From Mytilus trossulus (taxonomy: Eukaryota): a DNA stretch of 64,000 nt. Below the pieces are notes generated by a model. The model was not told the origin of the DNA, did not search any database, and saw only the letters and a list, made by a program, of their open reading frames with translations. Position 1 is the stretch's first letter; each line of letters begins with the position of its first letter. Shown one piece after another: positions 26,884-38,165 of this stretch. A program made the position numbers and the translations under genes. The stretch is from NCBI RefSeq assembly GCF_036588685.1, contig NC_086374.1:71176001-71240000 (forward strand). The letters run 5' to 3'.

Positions 26884-28136
26884 TGTTACAAGGATTTGTA
26901 TAATCAGTGATTATGTAGAATCCCTGAAATTTTCAGGGATTATGTAGAATCACTGGCTAGTTGAGTGATTATGTAGAATCCCTGAAATTTTCAGAGATTA
27001 TGTATAATCACTAGAAAAAAAATAAGGGATTCTACATAATAACTGAGATGAAGAAATAGTTGTATTTATAAAAAAAGTTAATAAAAATAAAATAATTAAT
27101 TCTATAAAATCACAGAAAAACATCATAATAAAGTAACAAAAATTGTAACAATATATCAAAATGATAAACCCATTTTTTTCTAAAGTTGGGCACACTATAT
27201 TAAAATGTTAAATATAGTTTCCTTTTCCTTCACATATCGAATCAGATTCTAACAACACGCCGAAGAGAAATAAAAAGTTCAGTAAAAACATACGAAGGTA
27301 CCCCCCCCCCCCCCCACACACACACAAAAAATTAAAAACAAAATGAATGGGAATTTGCAATCTTGAACTGGTACGAGCTAGAAAGATAAAGATGCCCTTG
27401 TTTTGTGGTCAGGCAATATCCTTTTTTATACCTTTTTTTAAGAATTGCCATTATGTTTTTGGGGTTTCCCTTTCCTTTTTTATCCTGTCGAATTGCTATG
27501 AGAATATGCAAGCTTCCTCTTACAGTTTGTTCTATTTGTCAATCCCAAGTGCTGCCTGTTTTTCTTTTCATTTAGATGTCTAAGTTCTCACAGTTTGAAT
27601 TTCTTGCAAATTGTTCTTTGAACAAAAAAAAACACACAAAAAAGTTGTTCTATAATCTACTTCACCATTTACTTTACATGTATCACAAATAACATGCTTG
27701 TGGATTTACAAATAGAGCATGAATATCCATTTGACGATGGCTTTTAATAAACAAACAATACATGTAAAGCTATCGTTATAAAGGGAAGGTTAATATTAAT
27801 ATTATATATTCTTCAACTAAACCTTGTGTTGGTTATATCTTTTAGAGCATCCCCTGTGTTTAAAAGCTAAATTATTTCATCTGGCAAGGAAAATGAAAGA
27901 AACTTAAAAGTCTATATCAATTTTGTTTATAAAACAAAGGACCATTAAATTATTCATAATCCCTGAAATCATATTAGGGAATTTGTAGAATAATTATTAA
28001 AATGATCAGAGACTATGTAAAATCACTGGTCATTTTCAGGGATTATATATAATTACGAATGATTTTAATGATTCTACATATTCCCTAAAAATCAGGGATT
28101 CTACATAATCCTTGATTATACAAATTCACTGTAACA
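26884..28136. mobile_element. MITE with TGT...ACA ends and a 4-bp TSD (TATC), Ginger-like; left-truncated duplicate 61166-62394
   Basis: ~45-bp TIR tgttacaaggatttgtataatcagtgattatgtagaatccctga / tcagggattctacataatccttgattatacaaattcactgtaaca. Subterminal gattatgtagaatc repeats. TATC at 26880-26883 and 28137-28140. Confidence 0.85.
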
Positions 28137-30754
28137 TATCTATGATAAGTTTATTTAAATACGTTATAGCAGTATCCTGGCTCCAAGCTACTCATATTTT
28201 ATCTTACTCTAACATTCAGCGTGTATATCGGGTAGCAGTGTGAAAAAGATAACAACAACCTCCCATATTCGTGGCTAGCACAACATTCATTGCGGCACCA
28301 TAAATTCAGGTCACCAATGATAAAAGGCGAGATATGATCCATTTCCAATCGAAAGAAAAAAGAAAAAAAAATGTTAAAAAATTGCATCAGGAAACATTCA
28401 AAGCCGAAATAAGGTTGAAGGTGATCGTTCAATATGTAATTTAATTATTCTTCTGCTGTAATGATTACAGATAGGAAGAAGTGGTAAAGCAAAACAAAAC
28501 AATTTGAAATCAAATTTTAGATAATACACGTGAATCGAGCCTTTTTATTGCTTAAAATTCAGTAGAAAATGTATATACATACCCAACCGTGTTCACTATT
28601 TCTCTTAAATGATAAGCACTGGGAAAACGAAATAGTTCTGAATTATTTATCTGAAACGTTAAGCTTTAAGAGATTTTTTAAACGTAAATAAACTTCTGGT
28701 GGATGCAGTTTCAAATAAGTTTAATCTTTTTCTTTCAAAAGATGTAAACCTTAAACATGTGAGGATACTGTTGTCTTATGTGATGATCAATCTTTAAATT
28801 ATTTATTTTGCAATTAAAAATGATTTGATATAGTTCGTGCTTTTTATTCTTAACTAAGAATGATAATAATCATAGCCTTACTTCTTGTTTTATAATGAAT
28901 TCTCCGCTTTTGAGAAACATTTATTTTGTATCCAATATTTCACTGCTTACAGCTCTCTGCCTCTGATCTTATTTTATACAAATTATTTTCAATAAGTAAC
29001 AGTAAATGTTTATTTCATTTTGTTTCCTTGCATCCCGCTTTTATTCCGTTTCGCAGTTTACAGGTCCACCTCTTTTAGCTCCTTTTCTATTTTTAATATT
29101 TTCATCAAAAATCTTTAAAAAAAAATCAAACTTTTAAAAAGCGAAATAATGAAAGCTGAACGTTAAGTTTTAGTACTTTAAAAGTTTTATTAAACATCCA
29201 AACTATCAATTTTACAAAAGATATTTAGAATTTTAAATTTTTAATTATTTGGTGGAAAATTTGAAAATTTGAAAAATATTGCAATTATGATATTTTAAAA
29301 ACACAAATTCCTAATATTTTTGTGTTGTTAACCAATTAAAGTAGTCATTATCCATCGTACACACAAGAAAAACTATTTCATTTCAAACTTTCACAATTGG
29401 TCAAATTTTAGATACTTTTCACGTTTTAAATTTGGTGATAATAGATATGACTCATTATGCTATTTAAACAAAAGCATCTAGGCAACTGACCCTTTTTCAG
29501 CACTTGTGATCATCTCTTATTTTATGAGGGGTTTGTGTTGCTCAAATTTCAAATTTTTGAGCAGAGATTTCTTCTTTGTAATAAATATCCAATAGTGTAT
29601 AAGCCATTTACACAAGAAGTAGTACAACGAATAAAAACGAATAAAAACCATTTTCTAACCTACAGCTTTCATATGTTTATATGGTGGATTCAATATTGTT
29701 ACTTGCTATATTCATTTCTGAACTCCATATCTATATATATACTGTATTTGTGCGATATTATGAATAACATTCAATTCGATTGCTCAATCTTCTCTTTTAA
29801 AAAGTGTGTAATTCTACTCATGGCATGATCTACTTTTACCATTTTTAAATCACGTTTTCAACACGTGAACTGTATATATCCATAAATTCTCACAAGGGTA
29901 CATAGATTATAAAGATGAAAAATGTTAGGATCATTGAATAAGCAGTATAATTACACTTATAGACATCAAAAGAAACATTCTCTTAACTATCTCAAATCAA
30001 CATGCCCAATTCAATCAAAAGTGTTACATATCAGACGGGTTAAGTGGACTCAATTTCTACTTATAAATTCATTTTTTGATTGTAACATTAATTTCACCAG
30101 AGTCTCGTTCTCAATAAAAATTATGTTAAGATGTTTGTTTCAGAAGGAGTCGTGGAAATGTCTTGTTTATGATGAATGACAGTCTAATAAAAAATTCTGC
30201 TGTTTGCTTAAAACTATATTTCCTTGATTGAAAGCAATGGTGTGATAAAATTTGTTTGCCCAGTTCCATTGTTTCGATTTAGCATCAGAAAAAAGCAACC
30301 AGTGATAATTGATACATGTTACGAAAAACAGACTATACATTACTGTAATGTATTAATAGAATGTCGAATGATAGTAACAGATTTGATCTCTTCATAAAAC
30401 ATTGTTAAATGCAAACTGATATATAAAAGCGGGTGGCAATTTGTTTTGGTTTAAATGCGTACTAAAGGTGGCTCGAGGGGATGAATTCATTTTTTTAAAC
30501 ATAGGCTTTAGTTTGGTTCCTTCTATACAGTGTTCGAATATCAAAGTTGAATTGAATTTCTTATAGTTTATAAAAGTAAGGTCGAAAGAATTTTTTAAAA
30601 CTATCATGATTTGAAATGAGTTCATTGTTCATTTGTTTTACCTTAGATAAATGCTCATTCAAAAACTGAACATGAACAAAGTAAATGTATGACTATGGAT
30701 AATAGCTCTTCATCGTTTAAATAAGCTTTGGATTTCAAATATTTTGGCCACGAG

Positions 30755-30796
30755 CATCACTGAAAAGACATGAATTGTCGAAATGTGCATCTGGTG
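30755..30796 (+). ncRNA. Minimal type I hammerhead ribozyme motif with a G8>A change
   Basis: catca CTGAAAA gaca tgaat tgtc GAAA tgtgca TC tggtg. Stems I and II pair fully and the cleavage triplet is AUC. One core mismatch. Confidence 0.65.
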
Positions 30797-30934
30797 CAAG
30801 AAAATTGGTACCGTTAATTTTAGTATAGTAAAGGCCATAATATTCTGCACTATTTACAATTATATATTTTTTTTATATATACTGTTTCTAACCAATGATG
30901 GTTTTTTTTTCTTCCTTTGTGTCTATATACACAG

Positions 30935-32641
30935 TTAAAAAGATGATAAGTTAATGTTATACAAATAGATAGTTCCCAGCATGTTAGTAAAGAGAAGAAT
31001 ATTTCTGTCTTGGTCAAAATGTATACCCATAGGAAAATATATTCCGTTATTTTCTAACAATCGACGGGCATGCTGGCCATCTGGTGAAATTACGACAACA
31101 CTGTTATCTGCGTGGGATGCCACATACACATTGGAATAGTTATCAATTGCTACTCCACGAATCATCTTCAATATTGAATCGTCTTTGTATTCCCAAACCT
31201 TCTGTCCTGTGATTGTGTAGCATGTTACTGTATTTGTGGTATCGTTTGTATAATACATCTTGTCTTTTGATGTTGTAACATAGTTCCAGTTATGCTTGCC
31301 ATCGTCTTTAACTACTGTGGTGACAGTACTTTCATCCGTAAATTCTGTTGTTTTGATACCACTTCCAGTTTCATAATATATTAGTCTTCCTTTATTATAT
31401 GTAATGCCGTAGCAACGGTTAGACGTTTTGATACTTTTCACAGTCTTTTTATTGACGATGTGGATAATTTCTATATGAAAAGGCTCTTTATTGTGGGTGA
31501 TAGCAACGGTATTCTCACCAATACATGTAACATCTAACGGTTGGTGTGATACAGGTATTACACACACAAATGATCCATTTTCCTTGTAGATAACTAGACG
31601 GTCATTGGTTAGATCTACGAAGACCATTTTACCAGTTGGCATGATGGTGCACCCCGAGATTCCAACTACCTCTCTCCCTTTCGGTATCTCAAATGTTTTC
31701 AATAAAGTAGGATTGATGTGATTGATTGATTTTGATATCGTCGGTAGCATTAGTTGAGCTTGTTTGTCTCTAGTCATCGTCAGGGTTATAGTGGGTGGAT
31801 TTTCTATAGCTGATATCTCTCCAATCTTTGTCATAGACAGTATGTCAGACATCTTGTTATCAATTCTGCATTGTAGGTTTATTTGTTGTAAGCTTCCATC
31901 TGTTATTAAAGACTGCATAAATATCTCTTCTTTTTGGATCTCGGCTTCAAACATTTTACCACCGAGAAATGTTTGAAGGTCAGTTGCAAAACTTTTCGTT
32001 GCGGAAATTCTCTTCTGTAGCTCATTTAGTGATTTATCATGGCATAAAATTTTTGAAAGAAATCTGTCTATTTGTGATTGGACTTTCTGTTCAGCAGCTT
32101 GGATATCTTGTTGTATTTCTTGCTCAAGATTATCTAGGTGTTTGTTTATTTTCTTTCGTACCTCTTTTATATCTGTCTGGAATCTCAGTCGCTGTTGGTG
32201 AATTTTCCCCAAATTCTGCTTTCTGTCTTCAATAATTTTTTTCATGTTGCTCTTCATATCCTTTAAAATTTGTTCCATAATGTCAAATAATGCGGAAGTC
32301 TTCGATGTTTTGACAATATCATCAAGTGCCATCAAATCACAAGTTTTGTGATTAGTTGTTATGCAAAGCGGACAACATGGTTTTTCATGTTGAGAACAGT
32401 AGAGCTGATACTTTTTCTCGTGGTCTGAGCAATATTGGTTTATACTTGCTATTGCTTGTGGTATTTTTTTATAATTATGCACTGAAATGACTTCATGATT
32501 TCGTGAGGATTTGGAGGCACGATGGTGTTTTTCGCATGATGAGCACAATCCTTCATCGCATTCAGAACACCAGAAGGCGGCCTCTTTCACCAAGTGTTGA
32601 GTTTCACACACACCACACAATATTCCACTGGATGAAGCCAT
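30935..32641 (-). CDS. RING-less TRIM-like protein (B-box1, B-box2, coiled coil, NHL-type beta-propeller), copy C, 568 aa
   Basis: Intact ORF. The likely start is MASSSGILCGVCETQH at 32641, 6 nt after acceptor TTTTTGCAG. Same domain order as the paralogs. Confidence 0.93.
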   Translation of the reverse strand: MASSSGILCGVCETQHLVKEAAFWCSECDEGLCSSCEKHHRASKSSRNHEVISVHNYKKIPQAIASINQYCSDHEKKYQLYCSQHEKPCCPLCITTNHKTCDLMALDDIVKTSKTSALFDIMEQILKDMKSNMKKIIEDRKQNLGKIHQQRLRFQTDIKEVRKKINKHLDNLEQEIQQDIQAAEQKVQSQIDRFLSKILCHDKSLNELQKRISATKSFATDLQTFLGGKMFEAEIQKEEIFMQSLITDGSLQQINLQCRIDNKMSDILSMTKIGEISAIENPPTITLTMTRDKQAQLMLPTISKSINHINPTLLKTFEIPKGREVVGISGCTIMPTGKMVFVDLTNDRLVIYKENGSFVCVIPVSHQPLDVTCIGENTVAITHNKEPFHIEIIHIVNKKTVKSIKTSNRCYGITYNKGRLIYYETGSGIKTTEFTDESTVTTVVKDDGKHNWNYVTTSKDKMYYTNDTTNTVTCYTITGQKVWEYKDDSILKMIRGVAIDNYSNVYVASHADNSVVVISPDGQHARRLLENNGIYFPMGIHFDQDRNILLFTNMLGTIYLYNINLSSF

Positions 32642-32710
32642 TTTAAACTGCAAAAATAAATTATTGATCCCAAAACATGATGAAGAGTAAAACTTATTAA
32701 TTTTCAATAA

Positions 32711-32834
32711 CTTTTTTTCATATACCTTACTTGTAAATAAAACAAGTTAAACTAGAGACTCTGAAGACCCGACTTTTTTCATATACTTTACTTTTAAATA
32801 AAAAAAAGTTTAACTAGAGGCTCTGAAGACCCGA
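32711..32834 (+). repeat. Tandem duplication of ~62 bp just upstream of the copy C acceptor
   Basis: cttttttcatatac.ttactt.taaataaaa..aagtt.aactagag.ctctgaagacccga occurs twice. Confidence 0.8.
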
Positions 32835-35010
32835 ATCGTTTACCTGGTTAAAATTACCTCTTTAATATTAATTGTGTACCTTTATTGCAATTAGCTAATA
32901 TAAAAAAAGAAGATGTGGTATGATTGCCAATGAGACAATTATCCACAAAAGACCAAAATGACACAGACATTAACAACTATAGGTTACCGTAAGGCCTTCA
33001 ACAATAAGCAAAGCCCATACCGCATAGTCAGCTATAAAAGGCCCCGATAAGACAATGTAAAACATTTCAAACAAAAAAACTAACGGCTTTATCAATGTAA
33101 AAAAATGAACGAAAAACAAATATGTTACACATAAACAAAAGACAACCACTGAATAACAGGGTCCTGACTTGGGACAGGCACATACATAAATAATGTGATG
33201 GGGTTAAACATGTTAGCGGGATTCCAACCCTCCCCGTAACCTGGGACAGTGGTATAACAGTACACAATTTGCATATCGTTAAAAAAAAAATTAGTGATAT
33301 TTTTGTTGATCATGTTTCAATTAGAGTATGCATAATCAAACACGTCATAGATATTACTTGATTTATTTCACTTGACTGGGCGGAGTTCGCTTATTATAGA
33401 ATATAACATCTAGAGACAGGTAATTTGTGATATATTAATTGATAAAATGTTCAGTTATGGTCATCAATCTGGTTCAAATATGTAAACATGTGTATTCGCA
33501 AAATAAATAATGATTCACAGACGTTGATTCTCTTGTGTGGCGGAGTTAACATGTTTTTCAACTCCGCCACACAAGTAAAACTAACGACATCAGGTGTTAA
33601 ATCTAACAATGGAAATCATGAAATCCGTAATAATTATAACGGCAATCATCCTTATCAGACAAATCTTCGAATAGACTGTCCTTATGCAAATTGAAACGTA
33701 AACTCTGCTCGATCAGTTTAAAACACAGGATTGAAATTAAAAGTTTAGACACACGCACGTTTCGTCTAGAAAAGACGCATCCTTGACGCTCGACTCGTTT
33801 GAGAATGATTTCACCGTTTATAGTTTATATAAATTTCATTGCTGTTTTTGGAAAAACTGGCAAATTTAATATCAGATGACAATTAGGCCATTTTGACTAA
33901 ACTGTAGATCTTTATTAGTTGATCTCTTACTCCGCACTCTATTAGACATTATTAGTATACGACTCTTCAAAAGACAGAAATCGGTCGACAGAAAACAAAT
34001 CCGGGTTGCAAACTAAAACTGAGGGAAACACATCAACCATAAGAGGAAAACAAAAGAACAACACAACACTGAAATGCAACAAAATCATCAAAATATAGTC
34101 GTGTTGATTTATTTGAAAATCTTATTGTGATTAACAATTTTGTCGTTAATTGATTCTTAATTGTAATCTGTGTATTATACTTTTTGCATTCAAAAACATA
34201 ACGAAAAGAGGGTGAAAACACAAGGACAATTATTCATCGAAGAGTCAAATTATTGGTTTTGACCTGGTTGACCTACTTGTAGGTCTTATTTTGCCTCACA
34301 ATTTTCCATATCTTGTTGCATTCTATGTATAAGCGTTTCGGCAAAAAAGTAGAAAAGTCATATAGGGACAATAATTCCTATATTGGGTCAGTTATCAATA
34401 TCAGTAATGTTGGTTTTTTTTTGTATATATTTGATAATGCTTAACATCTTTGCCATTTACCAATATAGTTTTCTAATTCTTTTTTTGGGGGAGGAGGGTC
34501 TGCTCAAAATGCATATATTTAAGTAAAAGTTCACCAATCTTGGAATGGCAATAATTCTTTTACAAAGGCCAATAGTTGATTTCAGCCATGATGACAAATG
34601 TTTAGATCGTTTTGTAATTATCATTTTATATTTTCACAATATATGAGTATCTTTTATGTTTCCAGCACAAACATCATAAAAAAATAAGATTTCATGCTCC
34701 TTATTGCAATTTTTACAATATCTTTTAGTCCAAATAGTTATGACGTCTTGAAAGACTTTTTTTCTGTGACGGCTTAAATTGGGAAAACTCGTCTTCTAAT
34801 ACAGTGTACCTCATATAAGGTACTCAATTTATTTGTACGATTTTTAAGAAATAGACCTTCTTGGCCTGTTTAACATTTAAACCCTGACAGTTTTGATCTT
34901 ACTGTTTTCCTTTTTTATATATAATTAAAATTTAAAAAAGATCTCTTTCGAACAACATGGCCCATGTTTGTTCAACATATCTCAGGAACATTCAGTTATC
35001 AGGTTTGTTA
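32811..35010. mobile_element. Old Helentron/HINE-like relic in the putative intron 1 of C (homologous relics ~2030-3225, ~8945-10200, ~21365-22845, ~41250-42510)
   Basis: aactagaggctctgaagaccc..tcgtttacct end motif, degenerate internal ~150-170-bp repeats (ttatttgtagatctt..tgctgaaca), and a gacggac..atgacaaaagctaa..aagctaaaa end in A and A'. Family assignment is recalled, not searched. Confidence 0.45.
33748..33791 (-). ncRNA. Degenerate hammerhead/retrozyme relic
   Basis: Reverse complement reads gagcgtca AGGATGC gtcttttctagac GAAAC gtgcgt, homologous to the 36110/37014 motif with a mutated CUGAUGA. Confidence 0.5.
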
Positions 35011-35390
35011 TCATTTACCGCCATACGAAGAAAGACGTTTCATTGTGTAAACACACCTATATTTACATTAAACATTAAGATAGATATAAAACTAGTTTTC
35101 CATTATTGTAACTTATAAACAACAATACAAAATTGATGAAAGTCCCCCTATTTTGTTGACATGAAATTATTTCCATCATTCATATACCTCAATACTTATA
35201 ATTAAACCTTAAAAGAATTACAAGCAAAATAATCATAATAATAAAATAGATCAATATATTTATGTCAAGGTGATTCTAAACCAGATCATAACAATGAATT
35301 CAAAAGTATTATTTTAATACCATGCAACTCTTAAATTATATCTGTTGCTGATGCATCGGTTTGAAGATATATAAACATATTAGTAAGTTT

Positions 35391-35550
35391 ACCTTAAACT
35401 GTGTATGTCTTCATAAATACCAGTATCAAAACATATTATGTCTTCTCACAAGGTTAATTATAAACCCGGATGTCTATAGGTCACTAAAACATAACACCGA
35501 TATACTTTTCATAAAAACAAACGCAACACATGTACCCCAAATTAACTGCT
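35391..35550 (-). promoter_or_regulatory. Candidate non-coding exon 1 / promoter of copy C
   Basis: Donor-like TTAAG|GTAAAC (GT at 35392-35391), CCGGATGT at 35466-35473, and aaacgcaacacat...aaattaactgct shared with A and A'. Confidence 0.5.
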
Positions 35551-35997
35551 TGGTGCTCGTTGCTGTGGAAAAAGTTTAAGTATGGCGGATGGACAACAGA
35601 CACTCGAAAATAACAAGCATTTTCATAATAAAACAGAACAACTAATAAGTTTAAATGTGTCCTGTCCCAGGTCAAGAACCTGAACAGTTATCGTCTTGTG
35701 ACTTACTTTAATGTTGTTTTCTAATTCTATGCTTTGGAAAATTTGAGCCTTGGTTTTCGACGAACAGCAAGATATAAAGGGCACCAAAATGACAAACGAA
35801 ATTTTATTTATCGAAAACTGCAACCACACATCAGTATCCAATCTATAATAAATATGTTTTTGCAACTTCTGAAAATAAGGATTACTATATTGTAGGACTT
35901 CGGTGTTAACATGAATATCAATTGTATGGTCATTTTTGTAAAAAAAAAATGGTTTAAAAAGTATGAATTAATCGAATTAATAATGATTGGCTTATGC

Positions 35998-37060
35998 CAG
36001 TCATAGATTACCTTAGTTGTATTTGGCACAACTTTTTAGATTTTTTTATCTTTCATGCTCTTCAACTTTATACTTGTTTGACTTACTAACTACTAGTATT
36101 TGATCAGTGCGTCACTGATGAGTCTTAAGTGAACTAACTGTGCCCTCTTCTTGCCGACTTGTTTCTTTATTATTATGAGGTTAACTTCATACAGGAAGTT
36201 AGCAATATCCTTTAAATTTACTTTCCGCTATATAGATAACGTTATCTCACTAAATAATTCAAATTTGGCTGACCATGTTTAATGCATCTATCCCATTAAA
36301 CTAGAGATAAAGGATACAACAAATACAGGTAAGTCGGCCTCAAATTTTGACATACATCCAGAAATTGACAATGAAGGAGCGGTGGAAAACAAAACTTTAC
36401 GAAAAAAGAGATGATTTCAGCTTCACAATTGTGAACTTTCCATTTCTAAGTAGCCACATTCCAGCAGCACCTGCATACGGGGTATATATCTCCCAATTGA
36501 TAATATTCCCGTGCTTGTATTTCCTATCATGACTTTCTTGATAGAGGGTTGCTGCTCACAAGGAAGCTATTAAACCAAGAGTTTAAAATGGTGAAGTTGA
36601 AATCATCCCTTCGAAAATTTTACGTACGCCATAACGATTTCGTTGACCGTTATGGAATAACCGTTAAACAGATGAAATATAATATGTTCCTTCAACCATA
36701 ACTACAATCCCCTCACCTTTAATGAGTGAGATCTACCGAATTAGACTATTTACCGGATTTGTTATATATAATGAGCAACACGACGGGTGCCAAAAGTGGA
36801 GCGGATCTGCCAACCCTTCCTTAGAACCTGAGATAACCTCAGTTTTCGGTGAGGTTCGTGTTGCCTATTTTTCAGTTTTCTATGTTGTGTCATGTGTACT
36901 ATTGTTTATCTGTTTGTCTTTTTTTTCATTTTTAGCAATGGTGTTGTCATTTCATTTTCGATTTTTGAGTTTGACGGTCCCTCTAGTATCTTTCGCCCCT
37001 GTTTTATGTAAACGAAACGCGCGCCTGGTGTATCAAATTGCACCTTTGATAACTATTTAC
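35998..37060 (+). ncRNA. Retrozyme-like repeat with a type I hammerhead motif, split by the PLE insertion; probably inactive
   Basis: Joining the flanks gives cgtca CTGATGA gtc tta|tgta aac GAAA cgcgcg cc tggtg. Core 36115-36121, GAAA 37014-37017, palindromic stem III, stem I cgtca/tggtg. U16.1 is C. Confidence 0.7.
36128..37006 (+). mobile_element. Penelope-like element 3' fragment (degenerate RT core/thumb plus 3' UTR, no C-terminal GIY-YIG)
   Basis: With frameshifts it reads TNCA-LLADLFLYYYE..FTFRYIDNVISLNN..IYPIKLEIK..KLYEKRDDFSFTIVNFPFLSSHIPAAPAYGVYISQL..DRYGITV, which is characteristic of PLE RTs. Confidence 0.85.
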
Positions 37061-37959
37061 CTTAGATAGTTTTGCTTCTCTTACATTTCGTTTATATCGA
37101 AGTTTTCTTGAAAGAATGAATTAACATTTAGAGGGTGTACGTTAATGTCATAAAGATAGTCATATATATCATCGAAAATAAATGCATTTCAGGGTCAGAT
37201 TATTTCCCGACTTCTGCAACATACAATGTGCATGTATAAAAGCGTCTAGGAAAATGGTAAATAAATGAACATAGACTACAAAGATTAGCAAGGTTCATGA
37301 GACCACACAGACACATACTCATGTTTATGAATATGCTAATGAATATGCAAATGCTGATCACTAAAAATTCAGAAAAGATATATGTGTCTGGATAGTTAAT
37401 TGTTATGTCTTCATGGATCACAATCATGTTTTATACAAATATTGCCTCTGTCCACAGGTAAAGAGGAAAGTTTGACTCAAAGTTAGTGTATGTCTAAGAA
37501 CAAGGTTTTACATGCATGCCTATTATCTGTAGTCGATATTTTTTTCTCTGCCATTTTTAATTCTAATCAACCTTTTAAAAAATAGTTGCCATTGAACAAG
37601 TTTTGGCTGAACACTTTTTAACAGTTATATGTTGATGGAGAGATTAATTGCTGATATCATGTTTTGAGAAAAGCGTCCCGTGCTATTCTTGATTCCTTTG
37701 CTTGCACCTCGGTTATTACCCTTCTTCAGAAGAATTAAAAATTATCATTTTAAAACAAATCAGGGATTACTTATTTGAAATTTAAATCTAAATGATTGAT
37801 TATTAGATTTATTTACGTCTTGTGGAAAATGTAACATGTTTGTTCAGGGTGAGAAAAAGAAAGTTGAACAACTTCAAAAATAAGATATTATCATAAGAAA
37901 TTGTCCATGCACTTTAAGCCCATTATTGTTGAAAATGGTGGTGTTTACGTTGGAAGGAC

Positions 37960-38165
37960 AACTCGGTGCCACATGTGGTGTAGGATATGCTTAAGTTTCC
38001 GGAGAACCTGAGATAACCCCTAGTTTTTGGTGGGGTTCGTGTTGTTTATTGTTTCGTTTTCTATGTTGTGTCATGTGTTCTATTGTTTGTCTGTTTGTCT
38101 TCTTTCATTTTTAGCCAGGCGTTGTCAGATTATTTTCGATTTTGGGTTTGACTGTCCCTCTTTTA
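37960..38165 (+). mobile_element. Short 3'-UTR fragment of the same Penelope-like family (also 4550-4692, 43705-43811, and 12135-12330 on minus)
   Basis: Shared ggtgccacatgtgg..cctgagat..ccc..tttgactgtccct sequence. Confidence 0.7.

Larger units (their letters stand above)
1400..29295 (+). repeat. Segmental duplication, first copy (A 5' part, B, relic unit, spacer)
   Basis: Colinear direct match to ~40500-64000, e.g. 7137-12136 vs 47374-52376, 18764-24080 vs 52393-57773, 24700-26456 vs 59415-61172. The left edge is gradual. Confidence 0.92.

Noticed and set aside
27301-27325. C15 plus (CA)n tract (expanded at 61546-61580) as a G-quadruplex signal
   Set aside because: A simple repeat inside a MITE with no evidence of function.
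29880-30300. Possible very old LINE 3' relic on minus
   Set aside because: Only vague motif resemblance with many stops; cannot be supported without a search.
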